Source: Gemmatimonadales bacterium (GTDB lineage: Bacteria; Gemmatimonadota; Gemmatimonadetes; Gemmatimonadales; GWC2-71-9). Taken from it: a DNA stretch of 64,000 nt. The notes below the pieces were generated by a model, which saw nothing but the letters and a program-made list of their open reading frames with translations, was not told the DNA's origin and made no database searches. A program made the translations under genes and the position numbers. The stretch is from NCBI GenBank assembly GCA_036004545.1, contig DASYRI010000070.1, positions 5,252 to 69,251 of the forward strand, written 5' to 3'. This document shows, in pieces, positions 43,492 to 57,123 of this stretch; the first letter of the stretch is position 1, and each line of letters starts with the position of its first letter.

Positions 43492-44567
43492 TACTCGAGC
43501 GGCAGCGCCACCCGGCGGCCGTCGCGCGCCGAGAGATACGTGGCGATCAGGATCTCGAGGGAGTGGAGCCCTTCGCGCCCGTCGGTGTCCGGCACGGCCT
43601 TGCCCCGAAGCGACTCGATGACGTTCTGGTAGTACCGCACGTGCCCATGCCCGTACACCGAGGTCGTCTCGTAGCTGGCGCGCTCCACCAGGGCGTCCAT
43701 CGGGTCCGGCTCGGCGAACTCCCAGTGCTCGATCTGGTTCACCGCGACACCGCCCACCCGCACCGTCCCCCGCTCGCCCAGCACGGTGACGCTGCCTTCG
43801 TGGTTCCGGGGAAAGGTGAGCATCGTCACGTTGACCGACCCCAGGGTGCCGGCCCGCCACCGGAGCGCGAGCACGCCGGTGTCCTCCACCTCGATCGTCC
43901 GCCCCAGCGTCGCGGTGTAGGCCTGCACGCTTTGCACCGGGCCGATCAGCCAGTCGAGCATGTCCACGTAGTGGCTCGCCTGGTTCATGAACGCCCCGCC
44001 GTCGAACTCCCAGGTGCCCCGCCAGGCCGCGCTGTCGTAGTACGACTGGGGCCGGTTCCAGAAGACGTTCACGGTCACCAGGTGGATCCGGCCGAACCGC
44101 CGCGCCAGCACCGCGCGCTTGACGAGCTGCAGCGTCGGGTTGGTGCGGTTCTGCTTGACCACGAACAGGTGCACGCCGGCTTCGTCGCAGGCCTGCACCA
44201 TCGCCTTGCCGTCCTGCCAGCGGGTTGCCATCGGCTTTTCGGTCATGACGTGGCGGCCGGCTTCCGCCACCAGCATCGCCTGCCCGGCGTGGAGCCCGCT
44301 CGGCGTGGCGAGAATGACCAGATCGGGGTCGACGCCGCTGAGGAGCGTCTCGAGCGAGGGGAAGCCGGGCGCGGTGGTCGCCGCGGCGGCGCGCGCCCGC
44401 GCCGCCGGGTCGATGTCGGCCACGCCCACCAGCTCGGCGTCCGCGGGGTAGGCGGCGATCGCCTCGACATGCTTGGCCGAGATCCGCCCGCACCCCACCA
44501 GGGCGAACCGGATCTTCCGGCCGGTGACGACCGGCTTGGGCACAAAGACGCCCGGGGCCTCGCTCAC
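43488..44567 (-). CDS. Gfo/Idh/MocA family oxidoreductase (WbpB-like sugar-nucleotide dehydrogenase?)
   Basis: Rossmann fold FALVGCGRIS.KH, EKP motif (MTEKPMA). GTG start in a GTGA overlap with the hflX stop. Confidence 0.8.
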   Translation of the reverse strand: MSEAPGVFVPKPVVTGRKIRFALVGCGRISAKHVEAIAAYPADAELVGVADIDPAARARAAAATTAPGFPSLETLLSGVDPDLVILATPSGLHAGQAMLVAEAGRHVMTEKPMATRWQDGKAMVQACDEAGVHLFVVKQNRTNPTLQLVKRAVLARRFGRIHLVTVNVFWNRPQSYYDSAAWRGTWEFDGGAFMNQASHYVDMLDWLIGPVQSVQAYTATLGRTIEVEDTGVLALRWRAGTLGSVNVTMLTFPRNHEGSVTVLGERGTVRVGGVAVNQIEHWEFAEPDPMDALVERASYETTSVYGHGHVRYYQNVIESLRGKAVPDTDGREGLHSLEILIATYLSARDGRRVALPLEY

Positions 44568-45808
44568 GCCGCGCCGTCGGTGAGGCTGAGCCGGCGGGCC
44601 TGCCACCCCTCCATGCGCACGGTGAGCACGACGCCCTCGGGGGTTTCCTCGCGCGCCAGCACCTCGCCGGCGCGATAGACCGCGGCGATCCGGGCGCCGT
44701 CGCCGGCGGGCACCACCAGCCGGAGCGTCGGCCGCCCGGCCCGCACCCGCTCCCGGAGCGCCGCCTTCACCGCGTCCACGCCGTCGGTCCGCATCGTCGT
44801 CGCGAACACGGCGCTCCCCTCCGGATGCATCGGCCCGATCCGTCCCGCGAACGCGGTGGCGTCGGGCAGCAGATCGATCTTGTTGAAGACCAGCACCACC
44901 GGCCGCTCGGCGAGGTCCAGCTCGCCCAGCACCTGCTCCACGACTTCCGCCTGCGCCTCCCACTCCGGGTGGCTCGCGTCAATGACGTGGAGCAGCACGT
45001 CCGTCTCCCGCGCCTCCTCGAGGGTGGCCCGGAAGCTCGCCACCAGATGGTGGGGGAGCTTCCGGATGAATCCGACGGTGTCGGTCACCCGCACCCGGAT
45101 CCCTTCGCCCGCGTCCACTTCGCGGGTGAGGGTGTCCAGGGTGGCGAACAGACGGTCCTCCACCACGATCTCGTTATCGCCGGTGAGGGAGCGGAGCACG
45201 CTCGACTTGCCGGCGTTGGTATACCCCACCAGCGCCGCGTGGAGCAGCTTCTGGCGGCCGCCGCGGATCGTTTCGCGATGCCGCTCCACGCCGCGCAGCT
45301 TGCCGCGGTGGTGCTGGATCTTCTGGCGGATCATCCGGCGGTCGGTTTCCAGCTGGGTTTCGCCGGGGCCCCGGAGTCCGATACCGCCGCGGATGCGCGA
45401 CAAGTGGGTCCACATCCGGGTGAGTCGGGGCAGCAGGTACTCCAGCTGCGCGAGCTCGACCTGCAGCTTGGACTCCGCGGAGCGCGCCCGGGTGGAGAAG
45501 ATGTCGAGGATGACCTCGGCGCGGTCCATGACCCGGACCTTGAGCTCGCGCTCCAACGTCACCCCCTGCACCGGGGTGAGCTCCTCGTCGAAGATCGCGA
45601 GGGTGGCGCCGAGCTCGGCGACCAGCGCCTTGAGCTCTTCGACCTTCCCTTCGCCGAGCAGCGTGGTGGGATTGGGTGCCGCGACCTGCTGGGTCAGCTG
45701 GCCGACGACCTGCGCGCCCGCCGTGTCCACCAGCTGGGCCAGCTCGTCCAGGTGCTCCTGCACTTCATCGGCGGCGCGGGTCCCTTTTCGCGAGACCGCC
45801 ACCAGCAC
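44564..45808 (-). CDS. hflX: GTPase HflX
   Basis: ERAVLV..., LAQLEY..PRL, G1 motif GYTNAGKSS. The frame is open upstream (..ELITVQSPVERA), so the true start may be a CTG near 45841. Confidence 0.9.
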   Translation of the reverse strand: MLVAVSRKGTRAADEVQEHLDELAQLVDTAGAQVVGQLTQQVAAPNPTTLLGEGKVEELKALVAELGATLAIFDEELTPVQGVTLERELKVRVMDRAEVILDIFSTRARSAESKLQVELAQLEYLLPRLTRMWTHLSRIRGGIGLRGPGETQLETDRRMIRQKIQHHRGKLRGVERHRETIRGGRQKLLHAALVGYTNAGKSSVLRSLTGDNEIVVEDRLFATLDTLTREVDAGEGIRVRVTDTVGFIRKLPHHLVASFRATLEEARETDVLLHVIDASHPEWEAQAEVVEQVLGELDLAERPVVLVFNKIDLLPDATAFAGRIGPMHPEGSAVFATTMRTDGVDAVKAALRERVRAGRPTLRLVVPAGDGARIAAVYRAGEVLAREETPEGVVLTVRMEGWQARRLSLTDGAA

Positions 45809-45907
45809 GGCGCGCTCGACGGGCGACTGGACGGTGATCAGCTCTCGGATAATCGGCCTCGGGATTGAGGGAACGCGGCCCGCGCGATACCCAGGCCCAA
45901 AGATAAT

Positions 45908-47257
45908 CTAGGAATCGTTCCCGCCTCCTCCCTCACCACCGGCACCGCCCGCTTCCCCCCGCTCGCCCAGCCGGCGCCACCACGCCAGCCGCTCCGCCAC
46001 CCGCTTTTCGTATCCGAGCGAGCCGGGCACATAGGGCTCCCGGCCCGCAAGCGGTTCCGGAAGGTACGCCTGCTTCACGAAATGGCCTGGAAAATCGTGG
46101 GCGTAGCGGTAGGTCTCCCCGTACCCCAGCTCCCTCATGAGCCCGGTCGGCGCGTTGCGGAGATGGAGCGGCACCGGCACCGCCGGCGTCTCCCGCGCCA
46201 GCTCCAGCGCCGCGCCCAGCGCCTTGACCACGCTGTTCGACTTGGGCGCGGTGGCGAGGTAGATCGTCATCTGCGCCAGGGGGAGGTAGCCCTCCGGAGG
46301 ACCGAGCTGCCGCCAGGCCTCCCGCGCCGCCACCGCGAGCGGCAGCGCCTGGGGGTCGGCGAGGCCGATGTCCTCCGCCGCCATCGCGATCGCCCTGCGG
46401 AAGAGCACCAGCGGGTCCTCGCCGCCCTCGACCATGCGGGCCATCCAGTAGAGCGCCGCCTGCGGATCGCTGCCGCGGAGCGACTTGTGGTACGCCGAGA
46501 GCAGGTTGTAGTGCTCCTCGCCCGACTGGTCGTAGTGCGGCACCCGCCTGGCGAACGCGTCCGCCATCGCCTCCGTCGAGATCCTTCCCCCCTGCCCCGC
46601 CTGCCCCGCCGCGGCCTCCAGCGCGTTGAGAGCGCGGCGGGCGTCGCCGTCCGCCTGCCCGGCGAGCCAGGCGATCGCCTCGTCCGCCACCAGGAGCCGG
46701 AGCCCGCCGAGACCCCGCTCGGTGTCGGCGAGCGCCGCGCGCACCACCCGGACCACCGCCTCCTTCGTAAGCGGCTCGAGCACGAACACCTGAGCGCGGG
46801 AGAGGAGCGCCGCGTTCAGGCTGAAGCTCGGGTTCTCGGTGGTGGCGCCGATCAGAGCGATGGTGCCCCGCTCCACGTGGGGAAGGAATGCGTCCTGCTG
46901 CGCCCGGTTGAACCGGTGGATCTCGTCGCAGAAGAGGATCGTCCCCCGCCCCGTGTGGCGGCGCTCCTCGGCCTCCCGGATGATCTCCCGGACCCGCTGC
47001 ACCCCCTCGGTCACGGCGCTGAATCCGATGAAGGCGCGGCCGGTGTGCTCCGCGATGAGATAGGCGAGCGAGGTCTTGCCGCTCCCCGGGGGACCCCAGA
47101 GGATGGCGCTGCCAAGGTCGCCGCGGCGGAGCGCATCGCCAAGCGCGTGGCCCTGCGCAAGCAGGTGCTCCTGCCCCACAAACTCCTCGAGCGTCCGGGG
47201 CCGCATCCGCGCCGCGAGCGGCGCCGGGGTGGAGAAGAGCTCCGGGGCGTCGTCCAC
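45908..47257 (-). CDS. rarA: replication-associated recombination protein A (AAA+ ATPase)
   Basis: PL..R.RP..L.E..GQ.HL, GPPGSGKT, DEIHRFN..QQD, MgsA_C. Confidence 0.95.
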   Translation of the reverse strand: MDDAPELFSTPAPLAARMRPRTLEEFVGQEHLLAQGHALGDALRRGDLGSAILWGPPGSGKTSLAYLIAEHTGRAFIGFSAVTEGVQRVREIIREAEERRHTGRGTILFCDEIHRFNRAQQDAFLPHVERGTIALIGATTENPSFSLNAALLSRAQVFVLEPLTKEAVVRVVRAALADTERGLGGLRLLVADEAIAWLAGQADGDARRALNALEAAAGQAGQGGRISTEAMADAFARRVPHYDQSGEEHYNLLSAYHKSLRGSDPQAALYWMARMVEGGEDPLVLFRRAIAMAAEDIGLADPQALPLAVAAREAWRQLGPPEGYLPLAQMTIYLATAPKSNSVVKALGAALELARETPAVPVPLHLRNAPTGLMRELGYGETYRYAHDFPGHFVKQAYLPEPLAGREPYVPGSLGYEKRVAERLAWWRRLGERGEAGGAGGEGGGGNDS

Positions 47258-47265
47258 CGGCCCGC

Positions 47266-47994
47266 TCAGAGCGCCGCTCCCCCGAGCGAGCGGAGCAGGA
47301 GGAGCGCCGCCGCGCCGCCCAGAAACGCGGCGGTCATCCGGGCGCCCCTGCTCGCCTGGAACTCGGGCACCAGGTTCGACGCCGCTACGTACAGCGTGAC
47401 GCCGGCCGCGATGGCGAGTCCGTACCGCGCGAGCGACGCCACCGCCTCGGTGAGCAGCACGCCCGCGATGGTCGCCACGCCGAGCACCAGGCCGGCGCCC
47501 AGCGCCCGCCGCCGGCTCAGGCCGCCCGCCAGCATCAGGCTCGCGATCGTCACTCCTTCCGGAAGCTTGTGGAGCATCACCGCGAGAAAGAAGAGCACGC
47601 CCAGGTTCCAGGACACCAGGAACCCGGCGGCGATCGCCACGCCGTCGAAGAAGGCGTGCAGCGAGAGGCCCACCAGCGCGCTATAGCCGGCCCGCGCGGT
47701 GACGGCGTGGGTCTCCTCGCCGAAGTGGAAGTGGGGCGTGATGACGTGCTGCGCCACGTGGACGATCAGGTAGCCGAGCAGCACCAGGACGCCGGCCGCG
47801 ACGTGACCCTCCGGGGCGGCGAACACCTCGGGGAGGACGCCCACGAGTACCAGCGCAAGCATGAACCCCGCCCCCATTGCGAGGCAGGTCTGGATGAAGG
47901 CGAGGCTCCGCCGCTCCTCCCACACCACGGCGAGGGCGCCAGCCACGTTGCCGGCCGCGGCGGCCAGGCCGAAGAGCAGCGGACTCAGCGCCAC
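47266..47994 (-). CDS. ZIP family metal transporter
   Basis: Multi-TM protein with HAFFDGVAIAAGF and HK.PEG motifs. GTG start chosen, overlapping the cca stop by 10 nt. Confidence 0.8.
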   Translation of the reverse strand: MALSPLLFGLAAAAGNVAGALAVVWEERRSLAFIQTCLAMGAGFMLALVLVGVLPEVFAAPEGHVAAGVLVLLGYLIVHVAQHVITPHFHFGEETHAVTARAGYSALVGLSLHAFFDGVAIAAGFLVSWNLGVLFFLAVMLHKLPEGVTIASLMLAGGLSRRRALGAGLVLGVATIAGVLLTEAVASLARYGLAIAAGVTLYVAASNLVPEFQASRGARMTAAFLGGAAALLLLRSLGGAAL

Positions 47995-49187
47995 GACCGG
48001 ACCAGCTCGAGCAGTCCCTCCCGGGTATTCCGCGCCGGATCGGTCAGCACCGCGTCGAGCAGGCGCTCCAGCAGCCGGCCCATTTCGGGGCCGGGCTGCA
48101 CGCCGGCCGCCGCGAGGTCGTCGCCGGTAAGGGCGAGCTGCTTTCGAGAGGTGGCCTCGCCCCGTCGGCGAATCTCCGCGACCGCGTCCGCCCACGGCGG
48201 CGCGACACCCCGCCGGTAGCGCGCCAGGAGCAGGAGATCGTCGGCCGCACCGCCCGCCGCGGCGAGCCAGCGGCGCACCGCGGCCGCGTCGCCGGCCTCC
48301 CCCTCCCCCGCGGGCTCCGGCGGGCCGGCGCTCATTGCCTGGGCCCGCGCCACCTCCTCGTTCGAGGCCCGGAGCCGGCCCAGCACCAAGGCGGGATCCC
48401 GGCACAATCCGGCGGTGAGCACCACCGGGTCGCGCACCGCGGGTGCGTCATCCGCGAACGGCGAAGCATCCGCCAGCTCGGCCAGCCAGATTGCCGCCGC
48501 GCCGACCTCCCGCCAGAGCGTGACGAGGCGCCGGATCGAGCGGGTGGTCGCCAGCCCCTTGAACCATTCCTGCCGGACCCGCTCCGCCGAGAGGTCCGGA
48601 AGCCCGGCGGCGCCCGCCCGCGCCTCCTCCCAGGTGGCCGGATCAATCTCGAATCCCAGCCGCGCGGCGAAGCGGATCATGCGGAGAATCCGCAGGTAAT
48701 CCTCGGCGAAGCGCCGGGCCGGATCGCCCACGGCGCGAACCACCCGCCGCTCCAGGAGATCGGCCAGGCCCCCGAAGGGATCCCGCCACTCCCGGCGGAT
48801 GGGATGGTAGGCGAGCGCGTTGATCGTGAAGTCGCGCCGGGCGAGATCCTCCTCGAGCGACACGCCGAACTCCACCACCGCGTGCCGCCCGTCGGTGACG
48901 ACATCCTTGCGGAACGTGGTCACCTCGTGGAGCACGCGGTGGCGGTCCAGCACGCCGACGGTGCCGTGCTTCTCGCCCACCGCCACCGTGCGGCGGAACA
49001 GCCGGCGGACGTCCTCCGGCCGGGCGGCCGTGGCCAGGTCCACGTCCAGGTCGGCCTCGCCGAGCAGACGGTCGCGGAGCGCGCCCCCCACGCACCAGGT
49101 CTCGTAACCCGCTTCCTCGAGCCGCCGGAGGATCTCCACGATCTCCCCGGGGAGCGCCAGCTCCGCAGGCAGCCGGGCCGGGCTCAT
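47985..49187 (-). CDS. cca: CCA-adding enzyme / poly(A) polymerase family tRNA nucleotidyltransferase
   Basis: VGGALRDRLLG....D.D.AT, RRDFT.NA. ATGA overlap with the ansA stop. Confidence 0.85.
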   Translation of the reverse strand: MSPARLPAELALPGEIVEILRRLEEAGYETWCVGGALRDRLLGEADLDVDLATAARPEDVRRLFRRTVAVGEKHGTVGVLDRHRVLHEVTTFRKDVVTDGRHAVVEFGVSLEEDLARRDFTINALAYHPIRREWRDPFGGLADLLERRVVRAVGDPARRFAEDYLRILRMIRFAARLGFEIDPATWEEARAGAAGLPDLSAERVRQEWFKGLATTRSIRRLVTLWREVGAAAIWLAELADASPFADDAPAVRDPVVLTAGLCRDPALVLGRLRASNEEVARAQAMSAGPPEPAGEGEAGDAAAVRRWLAAAGGAADDLLLLARYRRGVAPPWADAVAEIRRRGEATSRKQLALTGDDLAAAGVQPGPEMGRLLERLLDAVLTDPARNTREGLLELVRSWR

Positions 49188-50152
49188 GCCGGACCGGGGC
49201 CCCCGTACGGCGCGCCCGCCGAGAGACAGAGCGCGAGCTCGAGCCGTGCCTGCGCCGGGGTCCGCGGCCCCGCCGCGATCACGCCCATCCGGAGCAGCTG
49301 GCCGCCGCCGCCGTCGAAGGCGTACTCGCCGCCGGCTTCGCCGAAGGGGCAACGGGAGGCGAGCACCACCGGCTTTCCCGCGTCCTGCCAGCGGCGGATG
49401 GCCGGCACCACGCCCGGCGGCACGTTGCCCCGCCCGAAGCCCTGGAGCACCGCTCCGTCGAAGCCCGGGCGCGCGCAATCGAGGAGCGCACCGTCGTCCC
49501 CGAGCACCAAAGGGATCATCGCCACCCGCGCGGAGAGCGAAGCCGGCGAGAGCAGCGGCTGGTCGCGCCGCACAACCCGCGAGAAGCGCACCCCCCCGCC
49601 GTCCACGGCGCCGAGCGGCGTCCCGTGGGGTGCGCCGAATGCATCCGGTGAGAACGCGTCGAGCTTGGTCGCTTCGCGGCCGTCGAGAATCTTTCCCGCG
49701 AAGACCACCATCGCGCCCCGGCCCCGGCTCCCCGCGTCCGCGGCCACCCGCACCGCGTCGCGCAGATTCCGCGGGCCGTCCCAGTCGGCGTCGCTCGAGG
49801 TGCGCATCGCCCCGGTGAGCACCACCGGTACCGCGGGCGGGACGGTGCGCGCGAGGAGGTAGGCCGCCTCCTCGAGGGTGTCGGTGCCGTGGGTGATCAC
49901 GATGCCCGCCGGCGGAGGCGCCTCGGCGACCAGCGCCGCGACGCGGCCGCGGAGCGCCCAGAGCTCCGCGGGCCCGCGATGCACCGCCGGACTCCGGTCC
50001 CAGTCCTCCACCCGGACCGTTGCGGCGGCGCCCAGGTCGCCGATGATCGCCACCAGCCCGCGGCCGTCCAGCGCGGGGACGTTCCCGCCCGCCTCGGCGC
50101 TTCGCTGCATCGCGATGGTGCCGCCGGCGGCGAGAAGGTGGAGGACCGTCAA
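49184..50152 (-). CDS. ansA: L-asparaginase (type I-like)
   Basis: AAGGTIAM, THGTDTLEE.A..L. Confidence 0.9.
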   Translation of the reverse strand: MTVLHLLAAGGTIAMQRSAEAGGNVPALDGRGLVAIIGDLGAAATVRVEDWDRSPAVHRGPAELWALRGRVAALVAEAPPPAGIVITHGTDTLEEAAYLLARTVPPAVPVVLTGAMRTSSDADWDGPRNLRDAVRVAADAGSRGRGAMVVFAGKILDGREATKLDAFSPDAFGAPHGTPLGAVDGGGVRFSRVVRRDQPLLSPASLSARVAMIPLVLGDDGALLDCARPGFDGAVLQGFGRGNVPPGVVPAIRRWQDAGKPVVLASRCPFGEAGGEYAFDGGGGQLLRMGVIAAGPRTPAQARLELALCLSAGAPYGGPGPA

Positions 50153-50165
50153 CGGTTGACGCGGT

Positions 50166-50918
50166 TCACCCGCACAGCACGCTCCCTCCGTTCACGTTCA
50201 GGACCTCGCCGGTGATGTGGCGCGCCAGCGGGCTGCACAGAAACAGGATCGGCCCCGCGATTTCCTCGGCCGGGGCGATCCGCCGGAGCGGGATCGTCGC
50301 CGCGATCCGCTCCCGCCCGCCGCCGGCGAACGGCCGGGCGCTCATCTCGGTGTCCACCCACCCCGGGGCCACGCAGTTGACCGTGATCCCCGGGGCGCAC
50401 TCGATCGCCAGCGACTTGGTCATCGAGATCAGCGCGCCCTTGGCGGCAGCGTAGTCGGCGTGGAACGCTTCGCCCCGCTGGCCCGCGGTGCTCGAGACCA
50501 GCACCACGCACCCGCCCGGCTTCATCAGGGCCAGCGCGGCGCGGGTGGTGAGGAATACCGCGTCGAGGTTCTGCGCCATCGTCGAGCGCCAGCGGCTCTC
50601 CTCCAGGCGGGCCAGCGGGACGTCGTCCGCCGGCCAGGTTCCGGCGTTGGCCACGAAGCAGTCGAGCCCGCCGAACGCCGCCTTGCACTCGCGGAACACC
50701 CGGATCACCACCTGCGGATCGGAAAGCTCGCCCCCGGAGATGAAGGTGCGCCGGCCCATGCCGCGGACCTCCTTGGCCACCGCTTCGGCATCCGCGGTGC
50801 GGTGGTGGTAGGTGACCCCCACGTCGGCGCCCGCCCGGGCGAAGAGCAGCGCCGTGGCTCGACCGATCCCTCGTGACCCCCCGGTGATCAGCGCCTTCTG
50901 CCCGGCCAGCGAGATCAT
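50166..50918 (-). CDS. SDR family oxidoreductase (FabG-like)
   Basis: TGGSRGIG, NAG, S..Y.AAK catalytic tetrad context. ATGA overlap with the gmhA stop. Confidence 0.9.
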   Translation of the reverse strand: MISLAGQKALITGGSRGIGRATALLFARAGADVGVTYHHRTADAEAVAKEVRGMGRRTFISGGELSDPQVVIRVFRECKAAFGGLDCFVANAGTWPADDVPLARLEESRWRSTMAQNLDAVFLTTRAALALMKPGGCVVLVSSTAGQRGEAFHADYAAAKGALISMTKSLAIECAPGITVNCVAPGWVDTEMSARPFAGGGRERIAATIPLRRIAPAEEIAGPILFLCSPLARHITGEVLNVNGGSVLCG

Positions 50919-51505
50919 CGCTCCGCTCCTCCCCCCTTCGCCAGCTCGTCCTCGACCAGTTCCACGATGAGATGCTCCAGGGCGAGGTGAATCTCCTGAA
51001 TCCGGCTGGTGTCGTCCGACGGGACCACCACCGCGAGGTCGGCCAGGGCGCGGAGCGCCCCGCCGCCACTTCCGAGCAGGGCCGCCACCGTCACGCCGGC
51101 CGAGCGCGCCGCCCGGGCCGCCGCGCAGAGGTTCGCGCTCGCTCCGCTCGTGCTGTGCAGCACCAGCAGGTCGCCCGGGCGGCCGAGCGCCTCCACCTGG
51201 CGGGCGAAGATCTGCTCGAAGCCGAGGTCGTTGCCCGCCGCCGTGAGCAGCGAGCTGTCGGTCGTGAGGGCCACCGCCCGGAAGGCGCGGCGCCGGGCCC
51301 GGAGCCGGACGACGTACTCGGTGGCGATATGCTGGGCATCGGCGGCGCTCCCGCCGTTGCCGGCGAAGAAGATCGTCCCCCCGTCGCGAAGAGTGGCCGC
51401 GCATCGCGCCGCGAGGCGCTCCACCGCCGGGATCTCCGAGGCGGTTTCGGCCGCCGTGCGCGCGAGCGAGGCGAGGCCGGCGCGGATCCGCTCGGCCGGG
51501 CTCAT
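50915..51505 (-). CDS. gmhA: SIS-domain phosphoheptose isomerase
   Basis: F.GNGGSAADAQH.A.E, ..STSG.S.N. ATGA overlap with the upstream stop. Confidence 0.8.
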   Translation of the reverse strand: MSPAERIRAGLASLARTAAETASEIPAVERLAARCAATLRDGGTIFFAGNGGSAADAQHIATEYVVRLRARRRAFRAVALTTDSSLLTAAGNDLGFEQIFARQVEALGRPGDLLVLHSTSGASANLCAAARAARSAGVTVAALLGSGGGALRALADLAVVVPSDDTSRIQEIHLALEHLIVELVEDELAKGGGAER

Positions 51506-52266
51506 TCCTCCTCGCCCAGGATCTGCTTCAGCCGGTCCAGCAGGCCGGTCTTGATGGCGAGCGGCGGCACCGGCTCGAGCGCGAGGCCCTCGAGGATGGC
51601 GCCGGGGTTCCGCCGGGCGAGGAGATCGGCTTGGAGCACCCCGCCCTGCTCCGCGAGAAACCGATAGGCCGTTCCGATCATCCGATCGTCCCCATGGTTG
51701 TCCGCGGCCATGATGTCGGCCAGCCCGTGCGCCAGGAGCTCGCGCGCCCGCCGGCCCCGCCCCGATTGCGCCGACAGGAGCGTCGTGGCGTCCACCTGCA
51801 TCACCGCGCCGGTGGTCTTCCAGTGCGCCACGGCCTCGGGGGTGCAGGCGCGGTAGCGCTCCGGATGGGCGAGCACGGGAATGAGACCGAGCTGGGCGAC
51901 CTGGTGGAGCGCCGTCCCTACCGCCGCCAGGGACACCAGCCGGGGAAACTCCACCAGAATGTACCTGGTGCCGGCCAGGGTCAGCCCCGGCTGCGCGACG
52001 AATCGGGCGGTCACCGGCCGGTCGAGCATCAGCTCGACTCCGCGGAGGAGCCGGATGCCCTCCGGGGCGCGAGCGCGGAGCACGCCGAACTGGCTGTCGT
52101 GGGCCGCCGGGATGCCGCTCCCGAGCCGGCCCACCCGGTGATGGGGGGTGAGACACACCGCCGCCACCCCCGCCTCCTGCATCGCCCGGAGCACCTCCAC
52201 CGATCGCTCCACGTTCGGAGAGCCGTCGTCCACGCCGGGGAGGAGATGGCAGTGGAGGTCAATCAT
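51502..52266 (-). CDS. PHP-domain tyrosine-protein phosphatase (CpsB/YwqE family)
   Basis: MIDLHCHLLPGVDDG, TPH, AHPERY, ..DNH. Confidence 0.8.
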   Translation of the reverse strand: MIDLHCHLLPGVDDGSPNVERSVEVLRAMQEAGVAAVCLTPHHRVGRLGSGIPAAHDSQFGVLRARAPEGIRLLRGVELMLDRPVTARFVAQPGLTLAGTRYILVEFPRLVSLAAVGTALHQVAQLGLIPVLAHPERYRACTPEAVAHWKTTGAVMQVDATTLLSAQSGRGRRARELLAHGLADIMAADNHGDDRMIGTAYRFLAEQGGVLQADLLARRNPGAILEGLALEPVPPLAIKTGLLDRLKQILGEEE

Positions 52267-52572
52267 CGGGCCGCTGCCCGCCCGCGGCGCCCCCCCCCAG
52301 CGCAAAAGCGAATTCGGCGAGTCCCTCGGGCCACTCCACCGCCCGGGCCTTGAGCGCCAGCGTCACCAGGGCGTCCGCGGCCAGCAGATCGAGGGCGGCG
52401 GCGCGGTCCTTCGGCTGTTCCAGCGCCGCGGCGAGCGCGGCTGCCGCCGCCCGGGCAAGATCCTCCGCGAGGTCCTCCGTCGCCGGGCGGAGCGCGAGGA
52501 AGCGCGCCGCCCGCTCACGGAGCGCGGGCGGAGCCCCGGCGCACTCGCGCTCGAACCAGTCCGCGGGCGCGC

Positions 52573-52576
<4 letters not shown>
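52259..52576 (-). CDS. hypothetical protein (Ala-rich, about 105 aa)
   Basis: ORF fills the alaS-cpsB gap. GTGA overlap with the alaS stop and an 8-nt overlap with the next start. No recognisable motif. Confidence 0.35.
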
Positions 52577-55331
<2,755 letters not shown>

Positions 55332-55997
55332 TCACCCCTTTCCCGCCAGCAGCTCCCGCACCATGCGGCTTATCGCCTCGCCCGCGAAGCCGCGGCGGGC
55401 GAGAAACGCGAGCACCCGCCGCCGCTGCGCCTGCCGAGGGAGCCCGGCCAACTGGCCCAGTCGCCGCCGCGCCAGCGCGTCGGCGCGAGGGGCCTCGACG
55501 CCGTCGGGCCCGAACGCTTCCGCCAGGGCGTTGTCGGCGATCCCCCGCTCCACGCCGAGCGCAGCGAGGTCGCGCCGGAGCCGGAGCGGCCCGCGTCCTC
55601 GCGCCGCGCGGGTCTCGATGTAGTGGAGGGAGAAGCGCGCATCGTCCACCAGCCCGGCCCGCCGCAGCCGCGCCAGCGCTGCGTCCACCGCCTCGGGCGG
55701 ATGCCCCTTCATGACCAGGCGCCGGGCCAGATCGCGCTCCGCAAAGGGGCGGCGCTCCAGGAACCGGAGCGCGGTCCGGTGGGCGCCCTCCTCGTCCGCC
55801 GCCGCGCAGAGCCGCGCGTAGACCCGGTCGCTGAGCGTGGCGCCCGTCGCGAGGCACTCCGCCTCCACCACCTCACGCGACAGGGTGAGAAACGGGCGCC
55901 CGTGGACCATCACCCGCACGGTGCCCGGCCGCTTGGGATCGGGCACCACCGCCCCGATCACCCGGCCGGGCCCCGGCTCACTCGCCGTCGCCGTCAT
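55332..55997 (-). CDS. recX: recombination regulator RecX
   Basis: Three-helix repeat protein directly downstream of recA (20-nt overlap): A...AL..L..R..S..EL..RL..KG. Confidence 0.85.
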   Translation of the reverse strand: MTATASEPGPGRVIGAVVPDPKRPGTVRVMVHGRPFLTLSREVVEAECLATGATLSDRVYARLCAAADEEGAHRTALRFLERRPFAERDLARRLVMKGHPPEAVDAALARLRRAGLVDDARFSLHYIETRAARGRGPLRLRRDLAALGVERGIADNALAEAFGPDGVEAPRADALARRRLGQLAGLPRQAQRRRVLAFLARRGFAGEAISRMVRELLAGKG

Positions 55998-57039
55998 CGG
56001 CCGCCACGGCTCCCTGCGCCCGCACGCCGAGGAACTCCTTGACCCGGTGCTCCACCTCCGTCATCAGGGCCGGATTGTCCTTGAGGAAGAGCTTGGCGTT
56101 TTCCCGGCCCTGGCCGATGCGTTGATCCCCGTAGGAGTACCACGCCCCGGACTTCTGGATGATGTTCGCCTCGGTGGCCAGGTCCACCACCAGGCCGGCG
56201 TGGCTGATGCCTTCGTCGAACATCACGTCGAACTCCGCCTGCTTGAAGGGTGGCGCCACCTTGTTCTTCACCACCTTGACCCGGACCCGGTTGCCGATGA
56301 TCGCCTCGCGCTCCTTGACCGGGCCGATCCGCCGGATGTCGAGCCGGAGCGAGGCGTAGAACTTGAGCGCCTTGCCACCGGTGGTGGTCTCGGGGTTGCC
56401 GAACATCACCCCGATCTTCTCCCGCAGCTGGTTGATGAAGACCACCGCGCAGTTGGAGCGGTTGATGGCGCCGGCGAGCTTCCGGAGCGCCTGGCTCATG
56501 AGCCGGGCCTGGAGGCCCATGTGGCTGTCGCCCATTTCGCCCTCGATCTCCGCCTTGGGCACCAGCGCGGCAACCGAGTCTATCGCCACCAGGTCTACCG
56601 CCCCCGAGCGCACCAGGATCTCGACGATCTCGAGCGCCTGCTCCCCGGTGTCGGGCTGGGAGACCAGCAGGTTGTCCACGTCCACGCCGAGCTTCTTGGC
56701 GTACTCGATGTCCAGCGCGTGCTCCGCGTCCACGTAGGCCGCGACCCCGCCCGCCCGCTGCACGTTGGCGGCGAGGTGCAGGGTGAGGGTGGTCTTGCCC
56801 GAGGATTCCGGCCCGTAGATCTCCGTGATCCGGCCCCGCGGCACGCCCCCGACGCCGGTGGCGGCGTCGAGGTTGATCGCGCCGGTGGAGATAGCCACGA
56901 CCCGCTCCCGCGGTGCATCGGTCCCCATGCGCATGATGGAGCCCTTCCCCAATTGCTTCTCGATCTGGGTGATCGCCAGATTCAGCGCCTTGCGGCGCTC
57001 GGCGTCGAGTTTGCCCTCTTTGACGTCCGGCACGGCCAT
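55978..57039 (-). CDS. recA: recombinase RecA
   Basis: KAL..A...[45 protein letters not shown]. Start at MAVPD after GGGGA. Confidence 0.97.
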   Translation of the reverse strand: MAVPDVKEGKLDAERRKALNLAITQIEKQLGKGSIMRMGTDAPRERVVAISTGAINLDAATGVGGVPRGRITEIYGPESSGKTTLTLHLAANVQRAGGVAAYVDAEHALDIEYAKKLGVDVDNLLVSQPDTGEQALEIVEILVRSGAVDLVAIDSVAALVPKAEIEGEMGDSHMGLQARLMSQALRKLAGAINRSNCAVVFINQLREKIGVMFGNPETTTGGKALKFYASLRLDIRRIGPVKEREAIIGNRVRVKVVKNKVAPPFKQAEFDVMFDEGISHAGLVVDLATEANIIQKSGAWYSYGDQRIGQGRENAKLFLKDNPALMTEVEHRVKEFLGVRAQGAVAADDGDGE

Positions 57040-57094
57040 GGCATCCCCGTTGGTAATATTGTGGTTGTTTTTGCTACACTCACCTATTCGTAAC

Positions 57095-57123
57095 AATCTA
57101 CTGCCGAACATTAGCCGAAGCAA
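57095..57123 (-). promoter_or_regulatory. candidate sigma70-type promoter for recA
   Basis: Minus strand: TTGCTT-N17-TAGATT in the AT-rich recA upstream region. Pattern match only. Confidence 0.3.
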